Below are positions 24,416 through 34,584 of a stretch of 64,000 nt of DNA, piece after piece. Source of the DNA: Gemmatimonadota bacterium (GTDB lineage: Bacteria > Gemmatimonadota > Gemmatimonadetes > Gemmatimonadales > GWC2-71-9); NCBI GenBank assembly GCA_039587315.1, contig JBDHIS010000021.1, positions 1,972 through 65,971 of the forward strand, given 5' to 3'. Under the pieces are notes generated by a model. The model did not search any database and was not told where the DNA came from. It saw only the letters and a list, made by a program, of their open reading frames with translations. Each line of letters starts with the position of its first letter. Position 1 is the stretch's first letter. The translations under genes were made by a program, and so were the position numbers.

Positions 24416-26199
24416 ATCGCCTCGGGCGGGTCACCGTCGTCGCGGTAGTCCCACTCGCCACCCTTTGTCTCTTCACCGGCGGGCTCGCCGCTCAGGACAC
24501 GACCCTGGCGCGGCCCGACTCGGCTCCCCAGGCTGCTGAAGACAGTGTCGTCCCTAGCCCGGTGCTGCCGATGCAGCCCGCGGCGGTGCCGCAGGGTCCG
24601 CTCCCGCCCGCCTCTCGCTACTCGTTCAACCGTGACTCGATCCTCTGGCTGAAGGCGCAGACGCTCGGGGAGCTCCTCAGCGACGTGCCAGGTGTGTTCG
24701 TGACCCGTCCGCTTTGGGTGGGACAGCCCGAGAACATCCAGTACGCCGGGCGGGGGGGAAGCGCTCTGGAGGTCTACTGGGACGGAATGCCGTATCAGCC
24801 CATGGGCGGGGACAGCCTGTTCGTGGACCCCGGGCGCATACCGCTCACCTACGTCCGGCGTGTGGACGTCGAGGTTCTGCCCGATCGAATCAGGGTGTAC
24901 CTCGTGTCGGAACGCCACGAGGTGGAGGAGGCGAGATCCCTGATCCGGGTCGTGTCGGGACGCTTCTCCACCGGCGAATACACGGCGCTGTTCCAGAAGA
25001 GATGGCGCTCCGGTCTCGGGCTGGACCTGGCGGCACACTTCCTGGGGACGGACGGGGTAAACGAACCCCGGTCCAAAAGCAATCAGTTCGATCTGTGGGG
25101 CAAGTTCACGTGGAACCCCACGGACAAGGTGGGCGCGAGCTACCAGATCATCCGGCAGGATCACGACCGTGAAGCGGTGAGCGACCAAGGAGCTTCGATC
25201 CTCCCATTCCAGGGTGTGCGCACCGACAACATCTTCACGCTGTTCGCGGGCACCCGCGGCGACGGATTGGGGCTTCGCGCGGAGGGCGGCTTCGCCTCCA
25301 GCTCGTGGAACTCGGACTCGGCGAGTCCGGTACCCGATCAAAGCCTGAGCCAGGCGTGGCTCCAGTTGCGCTACGTCCGCGCCAACCTCACCGCGTCGGT
25401 GCGGGGCACCGCGGCGGACGTGCGCACACCGTGGTCGGTGGAAGGGATCTTCAATTGGGTCCCCGCACCAGGTGTGGTGCTGTCCACCGACGCGCGCTAC
25501 CGCAGGCACGACGGCAGCCGCAACTCGACCCGTCTTCACGCATCACTGGGTGTCTTCCGGGGACCGGTGTGGCTCGTCGGCGAGGCCACCGTGCAGGACG
25601 TCGTGCAGGCGCCGGCCCTGCTGGCCGACACCGCCATCGGCACGTTCGACTACGGCGGCCGAGTCGGGGTCGACACGAAGCCGGTGACCGGCTGGGTCGG
25701 GGTTGTGCAGCGTGACGCCTTCCATCCGCTAGCCTACCCCAACTTCCCGGGAATCCCCGAGCTGCGGCCCTCTCCGGAAGCCACCTATCTGGTGAGCGAC
25801 GTTCACTTCAGACCGTTCAAGGCGCTCACGCTCTCGGGTTGGTACTCCGACCCGATCTCCGGCTTCCCGGCCGATTTCCAGCCGCCCAAGCACGCGCGCG
25901 CGGAGGTGACGTTCCGATCCAAGTTCTGGCAAACGTTCCGCAGCGGCGCGTTCCAGTTCAAGGTGCAGCTGTCCGGGGAGTGGTGGAGCACCGGTACCGC
26001 GGGGCTGGATGCAGACGGCAACGTGAACGTGCTGCCTGGGGTTTCCTTCTACGATACATACCTGGCGGTCCAGCTCATGAGCTTCACGCTGTTCTGGAAC
26101 CTGCGCAACGCACTGCTGAACGAGGGCGGGTCCGTGCCGCGCTTCGACTACGCCAAGAACGCGCAGCTGTTCGGCGTGTCGTGGACCTTCAGCAGCTGA
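24412..26199 (+). CDS. outer-membrane protein with a TonB-dependent-receptor-like plug
   Basis: The GTG at 24412 overlaps the pepA stop (GTGA). Signal VVAVVPLATLCLFTGGLAAQ. Plug-like LGELLSDVPGVFV...YAGRGGSALEVYWDGMP. A long beta-rich C-terminal region. Confidence 0.6.
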   Translation: MNRLGRVTVVAVVPLATLCLFTGGLAAQDTTLARPDSAPQAAEDSVVPSPVLPMQPAAVPQGPLPPASRYSFNRDSILWLKAQTLGELLSDVPGVFVTRPLWVGQPENIQYAGRGGSALEVYWDGMPYQPMGGDSLFVDPGRIPLTYVRRVDVEVLPDRIRVYLVSERHEVEEARSLIRVVSGRFSTGEYTALFQKRWRSGLGLDLAAHFLGTDGVNEPRSKSNQFDLWGKFTWNPTDKVGASYQIIRQDHDREAVSDQGASILPFQGVRTDNIFTLFAGTRGDGLGLRAEGGFASSSWNSDSASPVPDQSLSQAWLQLRYVRANLTASVRGTAADVRTPWSVEGIFNWVPAPGVVLSTDARYRRHDGSRNSTRLHASLGVFRGPVWLVGEATVQDVVQAPALLADTAIGTFDYGGRVGVDTKPVTGWVGVVQRDAFHPLAYPNFPGIPELRPSPEATYLVSDVHFRPFKALTLSGWYSDPISGFPADFQPPKHARAEVTFRSKFWQTFRSGAFQFKVQLSGEWWSTGTAGLDADGNVNVLPGVSFYDTYLAVQLMSFTLFWNLRNALLNEGGSVPRFDYAKNAQLFGVSWTFSS

Positions 26200-26274
26200 C
26201 CGGATTGCGCATCGAGTGACTTGCACTACGTTGAGGCGCGAGAAACGGACGGTGTGACACCTGTGCTGAAATCA

Positions 26275-27138
26275 ATGACCGGTTACGGGTCGGCCGAGGG
26301 CGCCCTCGGAGGAGGACGGCTTGCGCTCGAGGTGCGCAGCGTCAACCATCGGCACCTCAACGTGCAGTTCAAGCTCCCTCACGGGCTGCAGCGCATGGAG
26401 AGTGACCTCCGGGCCAGGCTCCGGGAGCGGTTGGACCGCGGTCACGCGACCGTATCTGCCCGCTGGACCCAGGAGCCCGAGCGCCCCACGGAGGTCTCGC
26501 TCAACCTGGAGCGGGCCCGGGCGGTGGCCGACGCGCTGCGGGAGTTGAAGGCGGCACTCGAGCTCGAGGGCGAGATAGACATCGGGTTCGTGGCGCGGCA
26601 GCCCGAGGTGCTCTCTGCCGGTACGGCCGAGGAACCGGAACTCGACGCGGCGGAGCTTCTGGCGCTGCTCGACGAGGCCCTGGGGGGCCTCGTAGCGATG
26701 CGGGAGCGGGAGGGGGAGGCCCTCGCCGCTGAGCTGTCCGAGCGACTCGGCAACCTGGAGCAGGGCCTGGCACGGATCGAAGAGCGGGCCCCCCGGCGGG
26801 CCGAGCAGGAGCGTGACAGGCTGCGGGCCGCGGTGACGGAGCTGCTGGATGGGCGCCAGCTGGACGAGGATCGCCTCAGCCAGGAGATCGCACTGCTGGC
26901 CGACAAGCTGGACGTCACCGAGGAGATCGTGCGCCTGAAGACCCATCTGGGGGCCTGCCGCGAGACCATGGATGGTGACGCAGCGGCGGGTAGGCAGCTG
27001 GCCTTCCTGGGGCAGGAGTTGTTGCGCGAGATCAACACGATCGGCTCCAAGGCCAACGACGCCGAGATCGCCCAGGTGGTGATCGGCATGAAGGGGGAGC
27101 TGGAGAAGGTGCGCGAGCAGGTGGAGAACATCGAGTGA
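26275..27138 (+). CDS. YicC-family stress-induced protein
   Basis: MTGYG N-terminus. C-terminal EEIVRLKTHL...LGQELLREINTIGSKAND...MKGELEKVREQVENIE. Confidence 0.85.
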   Translation: MTGYGSAEGALGGGRLALEVRSVNHRHLNVQFKLPHGLQRMESDLRARLRERLDRGHATVSARWTQEPERPTEVSLNLERARAVADALRELKAALELEGEIDIGFVARQPEVLSAGTAEEPELDAAELLALLDEALGGLVAMREREGEALAAELSERLGNLEQGLARIEERAPRRAEQERDRLRAAVTELLDGRQLDEDRLSQEIALLADKLDVTEEIVRLKTHLGACRETMDGDAAAGRQLAFLGQELLREINTIGSKANDAEIAQVVIGMKGELEKVREQVENIE

Positions 27139-27782
27139 ACCCGTTTCTCCTGATTCTCTCTTCGCCTTCCGGGGGCGGGAAGACCACGATCGCGCACCGG
27201 CTCATCTGGGCTAGAGACGATCTGGAGCACAGCATCTCGGCCACCACCAGGCCGCCGCGGGGCGGGGAGCGAGAGGGGGTGGACTACTACTTCCTCTCGC
27301 GCGCCGAGTTCGAGCGGAGGCGCGACGACGGCGATTTCTTGGAGTGGGCCGAGTACAGCGGGGCCCTCTACGGCACGCTGGAGAGCGAGGTGGAACGGAT
27401 CCTGGCACGGGGACGTAAACCGGTGCTGGACATAGAGGTACAGGGCGCGGGACAGGTCCGCGAGCGCCGCAGCGATGTCGTGAGTATCTTTATCCTGCCG
27501 CCGTCGGCGGCTGCCCTGGTAAGTCGGCTAGAGGCGCGCGCACTGGACGACCGGGAGAGCCTGACCCGGCGTCTGGCCCAGGCGGACAGCGAACTCCAGC
27601 AAGCCACTGCGTATGATCACGTCGTGGTGAACGACGACCTGGATATGGCCGTCGCCGCCGTTGCGGCGATTGTCGATGGAGAGGTGGAGCGGGAATCGCA
27701 CGGGCCGGAGCTGGAACGGACCATCTCCGGACTGCGCGCAGAGCTGACGGAGATAACGCAACAACTGTCATCACAAGCCTGA
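27135..27782 (+). CDS. gmk: guanylate kinase
   Basis: P-loop SSPSGGGKTT, TTRPPRGGEREGVDYYF and EWAEYSGALYGT. Confidence 0.9.
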   Translation: MNPFLLILSSPSGGGKTTIAHRLIWARDDLEHSISATTRPPRGGEREGVDYYFLSRAEFERRRDDGDFLEWAEYSGALYGTLESEVERILARGRKPVLDIEVQGAGQVRERRSDVVSIFILPPSAAALVSRLEARALDDRESLTRRLAQADSELQQATAYDHVVVNDDLDMAVAAVAAIVDGEVERESHGPELERTISGLRAELTEITQQLSSQA

Positions 27783-27793
27783 TCGGAGAGTGC

Positions 27794-28003
27794 ATGTACA
27801 TCTTCACCCCCGACGACGTGGCACGGCGCGCCGGTAACAAGTACCTGGGCGTGCTCGTCGCCGCGAAGTTTGCACGCTACGTCAATGACTTTCCGCGCGA
27901 TCGGTCGCTGGAGGAGAAGAAGTTGACGACGAGGGCGCTGGAGAGCCTTTCCGGCGACGAGCTCGCCTATCGCCTCGTTCGCCGGCGGCGCCAGGAGACG
28001 TGA
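27794..28003 (+). CDS. rpoZ: DNA-directed RNA polymerase subunit omega
   Basis: 69 aa. NKYLGVLVAAKFARYV resembles the omega core. It occupies the conserved position directly after gmk. Confidence 0.7.
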   Translation: MYIFTPDDVARRAGNKYLGVLVAAKFARYVNDFPRDRSLEEKKLTTRALESLSGDELAYRLVRRRRQET

Positions 28004-29193
28004 ACCTCTCAGGCCGACGCGTCCTCCTCGGCGTGTCGGGCGGGATTGCGGCCTACAAGGTCTGCACACTCGCTCGGCGGCTGACCGAGGCAGGCGCGGC
28101 GGTGGACGTGGTCCTCACGGCGGCGGCCGCCGAGTTCGTTCGTCCCCTCACATTCGAAGCACTCACCAAACGCCCGGTAGCGACATCCCTGTGGGAGCGC
28201 GGCCGGGCGCTTGCGCACATTGACCTCGCCCGTGAACCCGACCTGATCGTCGTGGCACCCGCGACGGCCCACCTGTTGGCGCGGGCGGCGCAGGGGCTGG
28301 CGGACGATCTGCTGACCTCCCTGTTGCTCGCCACCACGGCCCCCGTGCTGGTCGCACCGGGAATGAACGACGAGATGTTCGCCCACCCGGCGACCCGGCA
28401 GAATATCGAGACGCTCCGCGGGCGTGGTTGGAAGGTCGTGGGTCCCGCGATCGGTCCCCTGGCGGAAGGACCCAGCGAGAGGCCCGGGCGAATGGTCGAG
28501 CCCGAGGAGATCCTGGCGCACGTCGAGCGCGCGTTACGCGCTCCGGAGAGCCCCTTGAACGGGCGCAACGTGCTGGTGACGGCAGGCGCCACCAGGGAGC
28601 ACCTCGATCCGGTCCGCGTGATCACGAATCCAGCCAGTGGGCGCCAGGGCTACGCTGTGGCGGAAGCCGCGTTCGCGCGCGGCGCCGACGTTACGCTCGT
28701 TTCAGGACCCTCTACGCTGCCACCGCCTACGGGGGTGGAGCTGGTTGCGGTCGAGACCACGGAGCAACTCCTCTCCGCGGTAGAACGGTTGCTGCCGCAA
28801 GCCGACGTACTGGTAATGGCCGTGGCACCGGCGGACTTTCGCCCTGCCGAGCCGGGCGATGCCAAGCGCCCACGCTCCGAGGGAGCGCTCACCGTCACGC
28901 TGGAGCCCACGCCCGACGTGCTGCAGCGTACCGCCGACAAACGGGCCCCGGGGTGCGTCGTCGTTGGCTTCGCCCTCGAGACGGGCGACGGTCTGGAGCG
29001 GGCGCGGCAGAAGCTCGAGGCGAAGCACCTCGACCTCATTGTGCTCAACCATGCCGACGAGACGGGCAGCGGTTTCGAAGAGGAGACCAACCGGGTTACG
29101 TTGGTGTCCCCCGACGACGTACGAGAGCTTCCGATGCAACCCAAGCGCGAGGTCGCCGAGCAGATACTGGACGAGGTCGAGCGGCGCCTGTGA
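28000..29193 (+). CDS. coaBC: bifunctional phosphopantothenoylcysteine decarboxylase / phosphopantothenate-cysteine ligase
   Basis: GVSGGIAAYK flavoprotein N-domain, PAMNxxM-like APGMNDEMF and C-terminal VTAGATREHLDPVRVITNPASG. Confidence 0.9.
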   Translation: MNLSGRRVLLGVSGGIAAYKVCTLARRLTEAGAAVDVVLTAAAAEFVRPLTFEALTKRPVATSLWERGRALAHIDLAREPDLIVVAPATAHLLARAAQGLADDLLTSLLLATTAPVLVAPGMNDEMFAHPATRQNIETLRGRGWKVVGPAIGPLAEGPSERPGRMVEPEEILAHVERALRAPESPLNGRNVLVTAGATREHLDPVRVITNPASGRQGYAVAEAAFARGADVTLVSGPSTLPPPTGVELVAVETTEQLLSAVERLLPQADVLVMAVAPADFRPAEPGDAKRPRSEGALTVTLEPTPDVLQRTADKRAPGCVVVGFALETGDGLERARQKLEAKHLDLIVLNHADETGSGFEEETNRVTLVSPDDVRELPMQPKREVAEQILDEVERRL

Positions 29194-30077
29194 GCGGCGC
29201 GCGCGAGCTGTGGGCGCGCTATCTGGAGCAGCGCGCGCAGTTGGGTGAGAGCCCCCTCGTAGTGCAGGGTGTGCGCCAGAGCCCCCCCGAAGCAGCTGAC
29301 GTACCACCCGCGCCCGAGGCCACCGTTACGTCGACCGAGGCGCCGAAGCGGCAGACCGCGCCGCCGGCCCGCAGTGAGGCTCCCCAGGGGGACCGGCCCA
29401 AAGGCTCGAAGAAGAAGGCCCAAGCCGGGCCACGTTGGAGGCGAGATCTGCCCCCCATCCCGCCGGCGGGAATGACCATCGCCAACCCCTCGACCGACCT
29501 GTTCAGTGAGGATCCGCTGAAGGGAGCCAGCCTCGAGGCAGTGGCGGCGATGGTCCACGACTGCACCCGGTGCGGGCTGTGTGAGAGCCGCACAAACGCG
29601 GTCCCTGGAGAGGGCCCGGGCGACGCATCACTCGTTGTGGTGGGTGAGGGGCCGGGGGCCAACGAAGACAAGACGGGGAGGCCGTTTGTGGGCCGCGCCG
29701 GAGAGTTGCTGACCGAGATTCTGGCTGCGATCGACCTGCCGCGCGAGCAGGTCTACATCTGCAATGTGGTGAAGTGCCGGCCGCCCAGTAACCGCAAGCC
29801 GCAACAGGACGAAATCGACGCTTGCGTGCCCTACCTCCACAGGCAGCTTGAAATCCTCAAGCCCGCCGTGATACTTGCTATGGGGGGAACGGCAGCGGAG
29901 ACGCTGCTGGGCACCCGGCAGTCGCTTGGCTCGCTGCGCAACAAGGTACATGAGTTCCGAGGGACTCCGTTGGTGGTGACCTACCACCCCGCCGCCCTGC
30001 TCAGGAACCCGCACTGGAAGAAGCCTACGTGGGATGACGTCCGTATCGCACGCCAGCTCGTCGACAAGCGGGGCTGA
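29190..30077 (+). CDS. uracil-DNA glycosylase, family 4, with an N-terminal extension of about 100 aa
   Basis: CTRCGLCESRTN...VVGEGPGANEDKTGRPFVGRAG...CNVVKCRPPSNR...HPAALLRNP. The GTG at 29190 overlaps the coaBC stop. Confidence 0.85.
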   Translation: MSGARELWARYLEQRAQLGESPLVVQGVRQSPPEAADVPPAPEATVTSTEAPKRQTAPPARSEAPQGDRPKGSKKKAQAGPRWRRDLPPIPPAGMTIANPSTDLFSEDPLKGASLEAVAAMVHDCTRCGLCESRTNAVPGEGPGDASLVVVGEGPGANEDKTGRPFVGRAGELLTEILAAIDLPREQVYICNVVKCRPPSNRKPQQDEIDACVPYLHRQLEILKPAVILAMGGTAAETLLGTRQSLGSLRNKVHEFRGTPLVVTYHPAALLRNPHWKKPTWDDVRIARQLVDKRG

Positions 30078-31443
30078 ACCCGGCCCGCGCCGGGACACAC
30101 CCTGGAGCGAGGAGGCCGAACAGGCCGTCCTCGGAGCCATGCTGCTCGACGCCGACGCTGCCCTGAAGGCCGTCGAGCTGCTGGACGACGCCGCATTCTA
30201 CCGCGACGCCCACCGCAGGATCTTCCGCACGATGGCGACGGTTACCGAGCGCGGCGACGTCGTGGACCCGGTTGTGCTGCGCGAGGAGTTGATGCGGACC
30301 GGCGATCTGGAGGCCGCCGGGGGCACCGACTACGTCGCCGATCTGCTCGACGTCGTCCCCACTGCAGCAAACGTCGAGTACCACTGTCGCATCGTACGCG
30401 ACAAGGCGCTGCGGCGGCGCCTGATCCAGGCGGGCACCGAGATCGTGCAGGCCGCGTACGAGGGGCCGCAGGAAGTGGACGCTCTGCTGGACGGCGCGGA
30501 GCAACGCGTGTTCGAGGTCTCGTTCCAGCGCGGCACGCAGGAAGTCGTCCGCATCAAGGAGCTCATGTGGCGCACGATGGAGCGCATCGAAGCGCGTCAT
30601 CGGGGCGACGAATCGGTGCGGGGGATCCCGAGCGGCTTCGCAGATTTGGATACCAAGACCAACGGGTTCCAGCGCAGCGACCTCATCATCGTGGCAGCGC
30701 GCCCCTCGATGGGAAAGACGGCCCTCTGCCTCAACGTCGCGGCGAACGCCGCACTCGAGCACAACGTGCCCACCGCGATATTCTCGCTGGAGATGTCGCG
30801 CGACCAACTGGTGGAGCGGCTGCTGGCGTCGGAGAGTTTCGTGGATCTCCAGCGGCTGCGCAGCGGGAACTTGCGTGACGACGACTACCCCAAGATGTCA
30901 CGCGCGGCCGGACTGCTCGGGACCGCTCCGATCTGGGTGGACGACACGCCCGCGCTCACGATGCTGGAACTGCGCTCCAAGGCCAGGCGGCTCAAGGTGG
31001 AGCACGACGTCGGGTTGATGATCGTGGATTACCTGCAGCTGTTGCGCGGCCCCTCGCGGTCGGAGAGCAGGCAGGAGGAGATCAGCTTCATCTCCCGCTC
31101 ACTCAAGGCGCTGGCCAGAGAGCTCGAGACACCCGTGATCGCGCTCTCTCAGCTCTCGCGCGCTCCAGAGCAGCGCGGCGGCGACCGGCGACCGATGCTC
31201 TCCGACCTGCGCGACTCCGGGGCAATCGAGCAGGACGCCGACCTCGTGATGTTCATCTACCGGCCGGAGATGTACCCCTCGCTGATGGAGAAGGACGGTG
31301 CCTCACAGGAGGGCTTCGCCGAGCTCATCCTAGCGAAACACCGCAACGGTCCCACCGGAACCATGAAGCTGAGCTTCCACAAGCAGTACACCCGGTTCGA
31401 GAGCTTCTCAGAGCGAGAACCGGAGGGGGCAGATGGCCCGTAA
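30034..31443 (+). CDS. dnaB: replicative DNA helicase
   Basis: EAEQAVLGAMLLD N-domain, Walker A AARPSMGKTA, QLSRAPEQR and IAKHRNGPTG-like ILAKHRNGPTG. Confidence 0.9.
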   Translation: MTSVSHASSSTSGAEPGPRRDTPWSEEAEQAVLGAMLLDADAALKAVELLDDAAFYRDAHRRIFRTMATVTERGDVVDPVVLREELMRTGDLEAAGGTDYVADLLDVVPTAANVEYHCRIVRDKALRRRLIQAGTEIVQAAYEGPQEVDALLDGAEQRVFEVSFQRGTQEVVRIKELMWRTMERIEARHRGDESVRGIPSGFADLDTKTNGFQRSDLIIVAARPSMGKTALCLNVAANAALEHNVPTAIFSLEMSRDQLVERLLASESFVDLQRLRSGNLRDDDYPKMSRAAGLLGTAPIWVDDTPALTMLELRSKARRLKVEHDVGLMIVDYLQLLRGPSRSESRQEEISFISRSLKALARELETPVIALSQLSRAPEQRGGDRRPMLSDLRDSGAIEQDADLVMFIYRPEMYPSLMEKDGASQEGFAELILAKHRNGPTGTMKLSFHKQYTRFESFSEREPEGADGP

Positions 31444-32785
31444 GGCACGCTCCGTCTTTCGGTGCGGGGAGTGTGGGGCAGAGCACCCCAAGTGGGCCGG
31501 CCGGTGTGACGCCTGCAGTAGCTGGAACACTCTGGTCGAAGAGCCCGTAACCCACTCCTCTCCACGACCCCACGCGGTCGCCGCCGGCGACGCCGTTCCC
31601 GTTCGTCTCTCCGATATAGTCGCTCAGGGTCCCGCGCGTTGGAGCACCGGGCTCGACGAGTTCGACTTCGTGCTCGGCGGGGGGATCGTGCCCGGGTCGG
31701 TGCTCCTCGTTGGCGGCGAGCCCGGAATCGGAAAGTCCACGCTTCTGCTGCAGTGCGCGGCACGCCTCCAGGCGGCCGGCGTGTCCACACTCTACGTCTC
31801 CGGTGAGGAGTCGGTCGAACAGGTGAGGCTGCGTGCCGACCGGCTCGAGGAGGACGCCGGACTCGTTCACGTGCTGCCCGAGGTGCGACAGGAGGCGATA
31901 GCGGCGCGTGCGGAGATGCTGGGCGCGCGCGTGATCGTTGTGGACTCGATCCAGACCACCTATACCGAAGAGTTGGACGGGGCGCCCGGCAACGTAGGGC
32001 AACTCAGGGAGTGCGCAGCACGGCTCATGCGCTTCGCGAAGCTGACCGGCGCGGCCGTGGTGCTGGTCGGGCACGTCACCCGGGGCGGCATCATCGCCGG
32101 CCCCAAGACGCTGGAACACGTGGTGGATACCGTGCTCTACTTCGAGGGCGAGGCGAGCGGCGACTTCCGCGTGCTGCGCGCGGTCAAGAACCGCTTCGGC
32201 TCGGTGGATGAGGTCGGCATCTTCGAGATGACCGCCGCGGGGCTCAGACCCGTCGCCAATCCATCCGCCGCGTTCCTGGCAGGCCGCAACTCGGACGTCG
32301 CAGGCTCGGCCGTCACGGCCCTGATGGAGGGCACGCGCCCCGTGCTCATCGAGATCCAGGCGCTGGCCGCGAAGAGCGGCTACGGCACGCCGCAGCGTGT
32401 CGCGACGGGACTCGATCAGCGTCGCCTATCGGTGCTGCTGGCGGTGCTCGAGCGCCGCGCCGGCGTATCGTTCCACGACCTGGACGTCTTCGTCAACGTG
32501 ACCGGCGGGATGCGGGTCGGCGAGCCCGCCTCCGATCTCGCCCTGGCCGCGGCCCTCTGCTCCAGCGCGCGGGACAGGCCACTAGCGGCCGATTCACTGT
32601 TCCTCGGTGAGATCGGGCTCGGCGGTGAAGTGCGGCCGATCTCCGGACTCGAGCGCAGGCTCGCCGAGGCCGAGCGGCTCGGCTTCCGCACCGCATTCGT
32701 TTCCTCCCGCGGCGGAGCGCGCGCGCCAATCGATCTCGTTCCGATAGCCCATGTCGCAGAGCTCGCCGAGCGACTCGCAGCCTGA
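31433..32785 (+). CDS. radA: DNA repair protein RadA
   Basis: N-terminal zinc finger FRCGECGAEHPKWAGRCDAC, Walker A GEPGIGKST, KNRFG motif and a Lon-like C-terminus. Confidence 0.9.
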   Translation: MARKARSVFRCGECGAEHPKWAGRCDACSSWNTLVEEPVTHSSPRPHAVAAGDAVPVRLSDIVAQGPARWSTGLDEFDFVLGGGIVPGSVLLVGGEPGIGKSTLLLQCAARLQAAGVSTLYVSGEESVEQVRLRADRLEEDAGLVHVLPEVRQEAIAARAEMLGARVIVVDSIQTTYTEELDGAPGNVGQLRECAARLMRFAKLTGAAVVLVGHVTRGGIIAGPKTLEHVVDTVLYFEGEASGDFRVLRAVKNRFGSVDEVGIFEMTAAGLRPVANPSAAFLAGRNSDVAGSAVTALMEGTRPVLIEIQALAAKSGYGTPQRVATGLDQRRLSVLLAVLERRAGVSFHDLDVFVNVTGGMRVGEPASDLALAAALCSSARDRPLAADSLFLGEIGLGGEVRPISGLERRLAEAERLGFRTAFVSSRGGARAPIDLVPIAHVAELAERLAA

Positions 32786-33455
32786 CGTCGGCGTCCTGCT
32801 GGCGGCGGGAGGACGGGGAGAGCGCGCGGGCCCCGGAGAGCCCAAGCAATTCCGTCCTCTGGGTGGAGTGCCGCTGCTGCTGCGCGCGCTGCGCCCCTTC
32901 GCCCGGCACCCCCGCGTAGGGCAGATCGTAGTTGCGCTTCCAGCAGCGTTCGCGGCCCAGCCGCCCGACTGGCTCGCCGAGGTGACCGGTGGCAGCCTGA
33001 CCATCGTGGCCGGCGGATCCGCGAGGGCGGACTCGGTCCGCGCGGCGCTTGCCGCACTGGAGCCGCGCTTCTCTCTGGTGTTGGTACACGACGCGGCGCG
33101 CCCGTTCGTGGCCCCCGAGACGATCGATCGAGTGATCGAGGTGGCGTCCGGCAGCATCGCGGCGCTCCCGGCAGTCCCCGTATCGGACACCCTCAAGCGT
33201 GTCGCCGAGGGTGGCACGCGCGTCATCGAGACGGTCGACCGCAGGCAGCTGTGGCGTGCCCAGACGCCGCAGGGGTTTCCGCGCCGGATGCTCGAGGACG
33301 CTTTCGCCTCGGCGGACGCGAGTGCTCCGTTCACCGACGAGGCCGCGCTGGTTGAGGCGGCAGGGTACGCCGTCGAGATAGTCCCGGACCTCTCCCGCAA
33401 CATGAAGGTGACCACGGCGGAGGATTTCGCGGTGGCCGAAGCACTGCTCCCCTGA
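32751..33455 (+). CDS. ispD: 2-C-methyl-D-erythritol 4-phosphate cytidylyltransferase
   Basis: LLAAGGRGERAG...VLVHDAARPF...VSDTLKRV...WRAQTPQGF. Confidence 0.88.
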   Translation: MSQSSPSDSQPDVGVLLAAGGRGERAGPGEPKQFRPLGGVPLLLRALRPFARHPRVGQIVVALPAAFAAQPPDWLAEVTGGSLTIVAGGSARADSVRAALAALEPRFSLVLVHDAARPFVAPETIDRVIEVASGSIAALPAVPVSDTLKRVAEGGTRVIETVDRRQLWRAQTPQGFPRRMLEDAFASADASAPFTDEAALVEAAGYAVEIVPDLSRNMKVTTAEDFAVAEALLP

Positions 33456-34108
33456 TGGATGCGCTGCCGTTTCGAAGTACCGACGAAATCGCTGCGGCCG
33501 TACCCCGGGTGGAAGAGCACCTTGCGGGCGGCGGGCTGCTCGCGTATCCCACCGAGACGGTGTACGGCCTGGGCTCCCGCCCGCTGGAGGCCGACGTGGC
33601 GTCGCTCGGGAGGCTCAAGGGAAGAGAATGGGACAAGCCGTTCCTCCTGCTGGTGGGCAGCATGGCAATGGCAGAGGGCTACGGTCTCCACTTCTCGGCC
33701 TCTGCGCGCGCGCTGGCAGACCGATTCTGGCCCGGCCCTCTCACCCTGGTGCTCCCGGGTGGAGAGGGAAGACTCCCGGATGCGCTACGGGGTCCCGAGG
33801 GCGGAATCGCCCTGCGCTGGACTTCACACGGCGGAATCGCCACTCTGCTCCGCGCTATGAACCAACCGATCACGTCGACCTCGGCCAACCGGCCGGGCGA
33901 GCCGGCCGCTCCGGGCGTGCGCGCCTTATGCGGAGCCTTCGAAGCAGCGGTGGACGACGGTACGCTGCTCGTGCTGGACGGCGGCACCCTGGGTAGCGTG
34001 CCGCCCTCGACGGTCGTGGATTGCACGGGGCAGGCTGCACGGCTGATCCGCGAGGGCGCTCTACCCCTGAGCGAGCTGCGCGCGGCGGTTGGGGGTCTCG
34101 CCCCGTGA
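33455..34108 (+). CDS. tsaC: L-threonylcarbamoyladenylate synthase (Sua5/YrdC/YwlC family)
   Basis: LAYPTETVYGLG...KPFLLLV...FWPGPLTLVL...TSANRPGEP. Confidence 0.85.
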   Translation: MDALPFRSTDEIAAAVPRVEEHLAGGGLLAYPTETVYGLGSRPLEADVASLGRLKGREWDKPFLLLVGSMAMAEGYGLHFSASARALADRFWPGPLTLVLPGGEGRLPDALRGPEGGIALRWTSHGGIATLLRAMNQPITSTSANRPGEPAAPGVRALCGAFEAAVDDGTLLVLDGGTLGSVPPSTVVDCTGQAARLIREGALPLSELRAAVGGLAP

Positions 34109-34584
34109 GTCAGATTCTGCTCGTGTGCACCGGCAATATCTGCCGCAGCCCCCTCGCAGAGGTGTTGCTCAGGCGAGAGCTAGAGCAACGCGGCGTGGAG
34201 GGTGTGGTGGTGTCGTCGGCGGGGACCGGCGCCTGGGAAGGCGCCCCCGCATCGGAAGGCGCCTACCTCGTTGCCCTGGAACACGGTCTCGATCTGTCCG
34301 AGCACCGCGCTCAATTGCTGACCCGTGAAGTCGTGCGGGACTACGATCTGATCCTCACGATGGCGCGCCACCACCGCGCCCGGGTTCACGAGCTTGGTGG
34401 TGAGGGCCGGGTGCACGTGGTCGGCGAGTACGTGGGCCGCAAGGGACCGGAGGCCGAAGTGGCGGACCCGTTCGGCAGCGACCTGGAGGTGTACCGCGAC
34501 ACCTACGTGGAACTCGAGCAGTTGATCGACGAGGCGGCGGACCGCATCGAGCAGGAGGCCCGTGATGCGGATCAGCGCCCGTAG
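34105..34584 (+). CDS. low-molecular-weight protein tyrosine phosphatase
   Basis: LLVCTGNICRSPLAE P-loop (CX5R-S) and a downstream DPF motif. The GTG at 34105 overlaps the tsaC stop. Confidence 0.85.
   Translation: MSQILLVCTGNICRSPLAEVLLRRELEQRGVEGVVVSSAGTGAWEGAPASEGAYLVALEHGLDLSEHRAQLLTREVVRDYDLILTMARHHRARVHELGGEGRVHVVGEYVGRKGPEAEVADPFGSDLEVYRDTYVELEQLIDEAADRIEQEARDADQRP

Noticed and set aside
28428-30077. 549-aa ORF suggesting a large fusion protein
   Set aside because: The first ~254 codons overlap coaBC out of frame and are Arg/Gly/Ala-rich read-through. Only the part from the GTG at 29190 (the UDG gene) looks real.
30034-31443. Intein in dnaB
   Set aside because: The protein is 469 aa with contiguous helicase motifs and no insertion.
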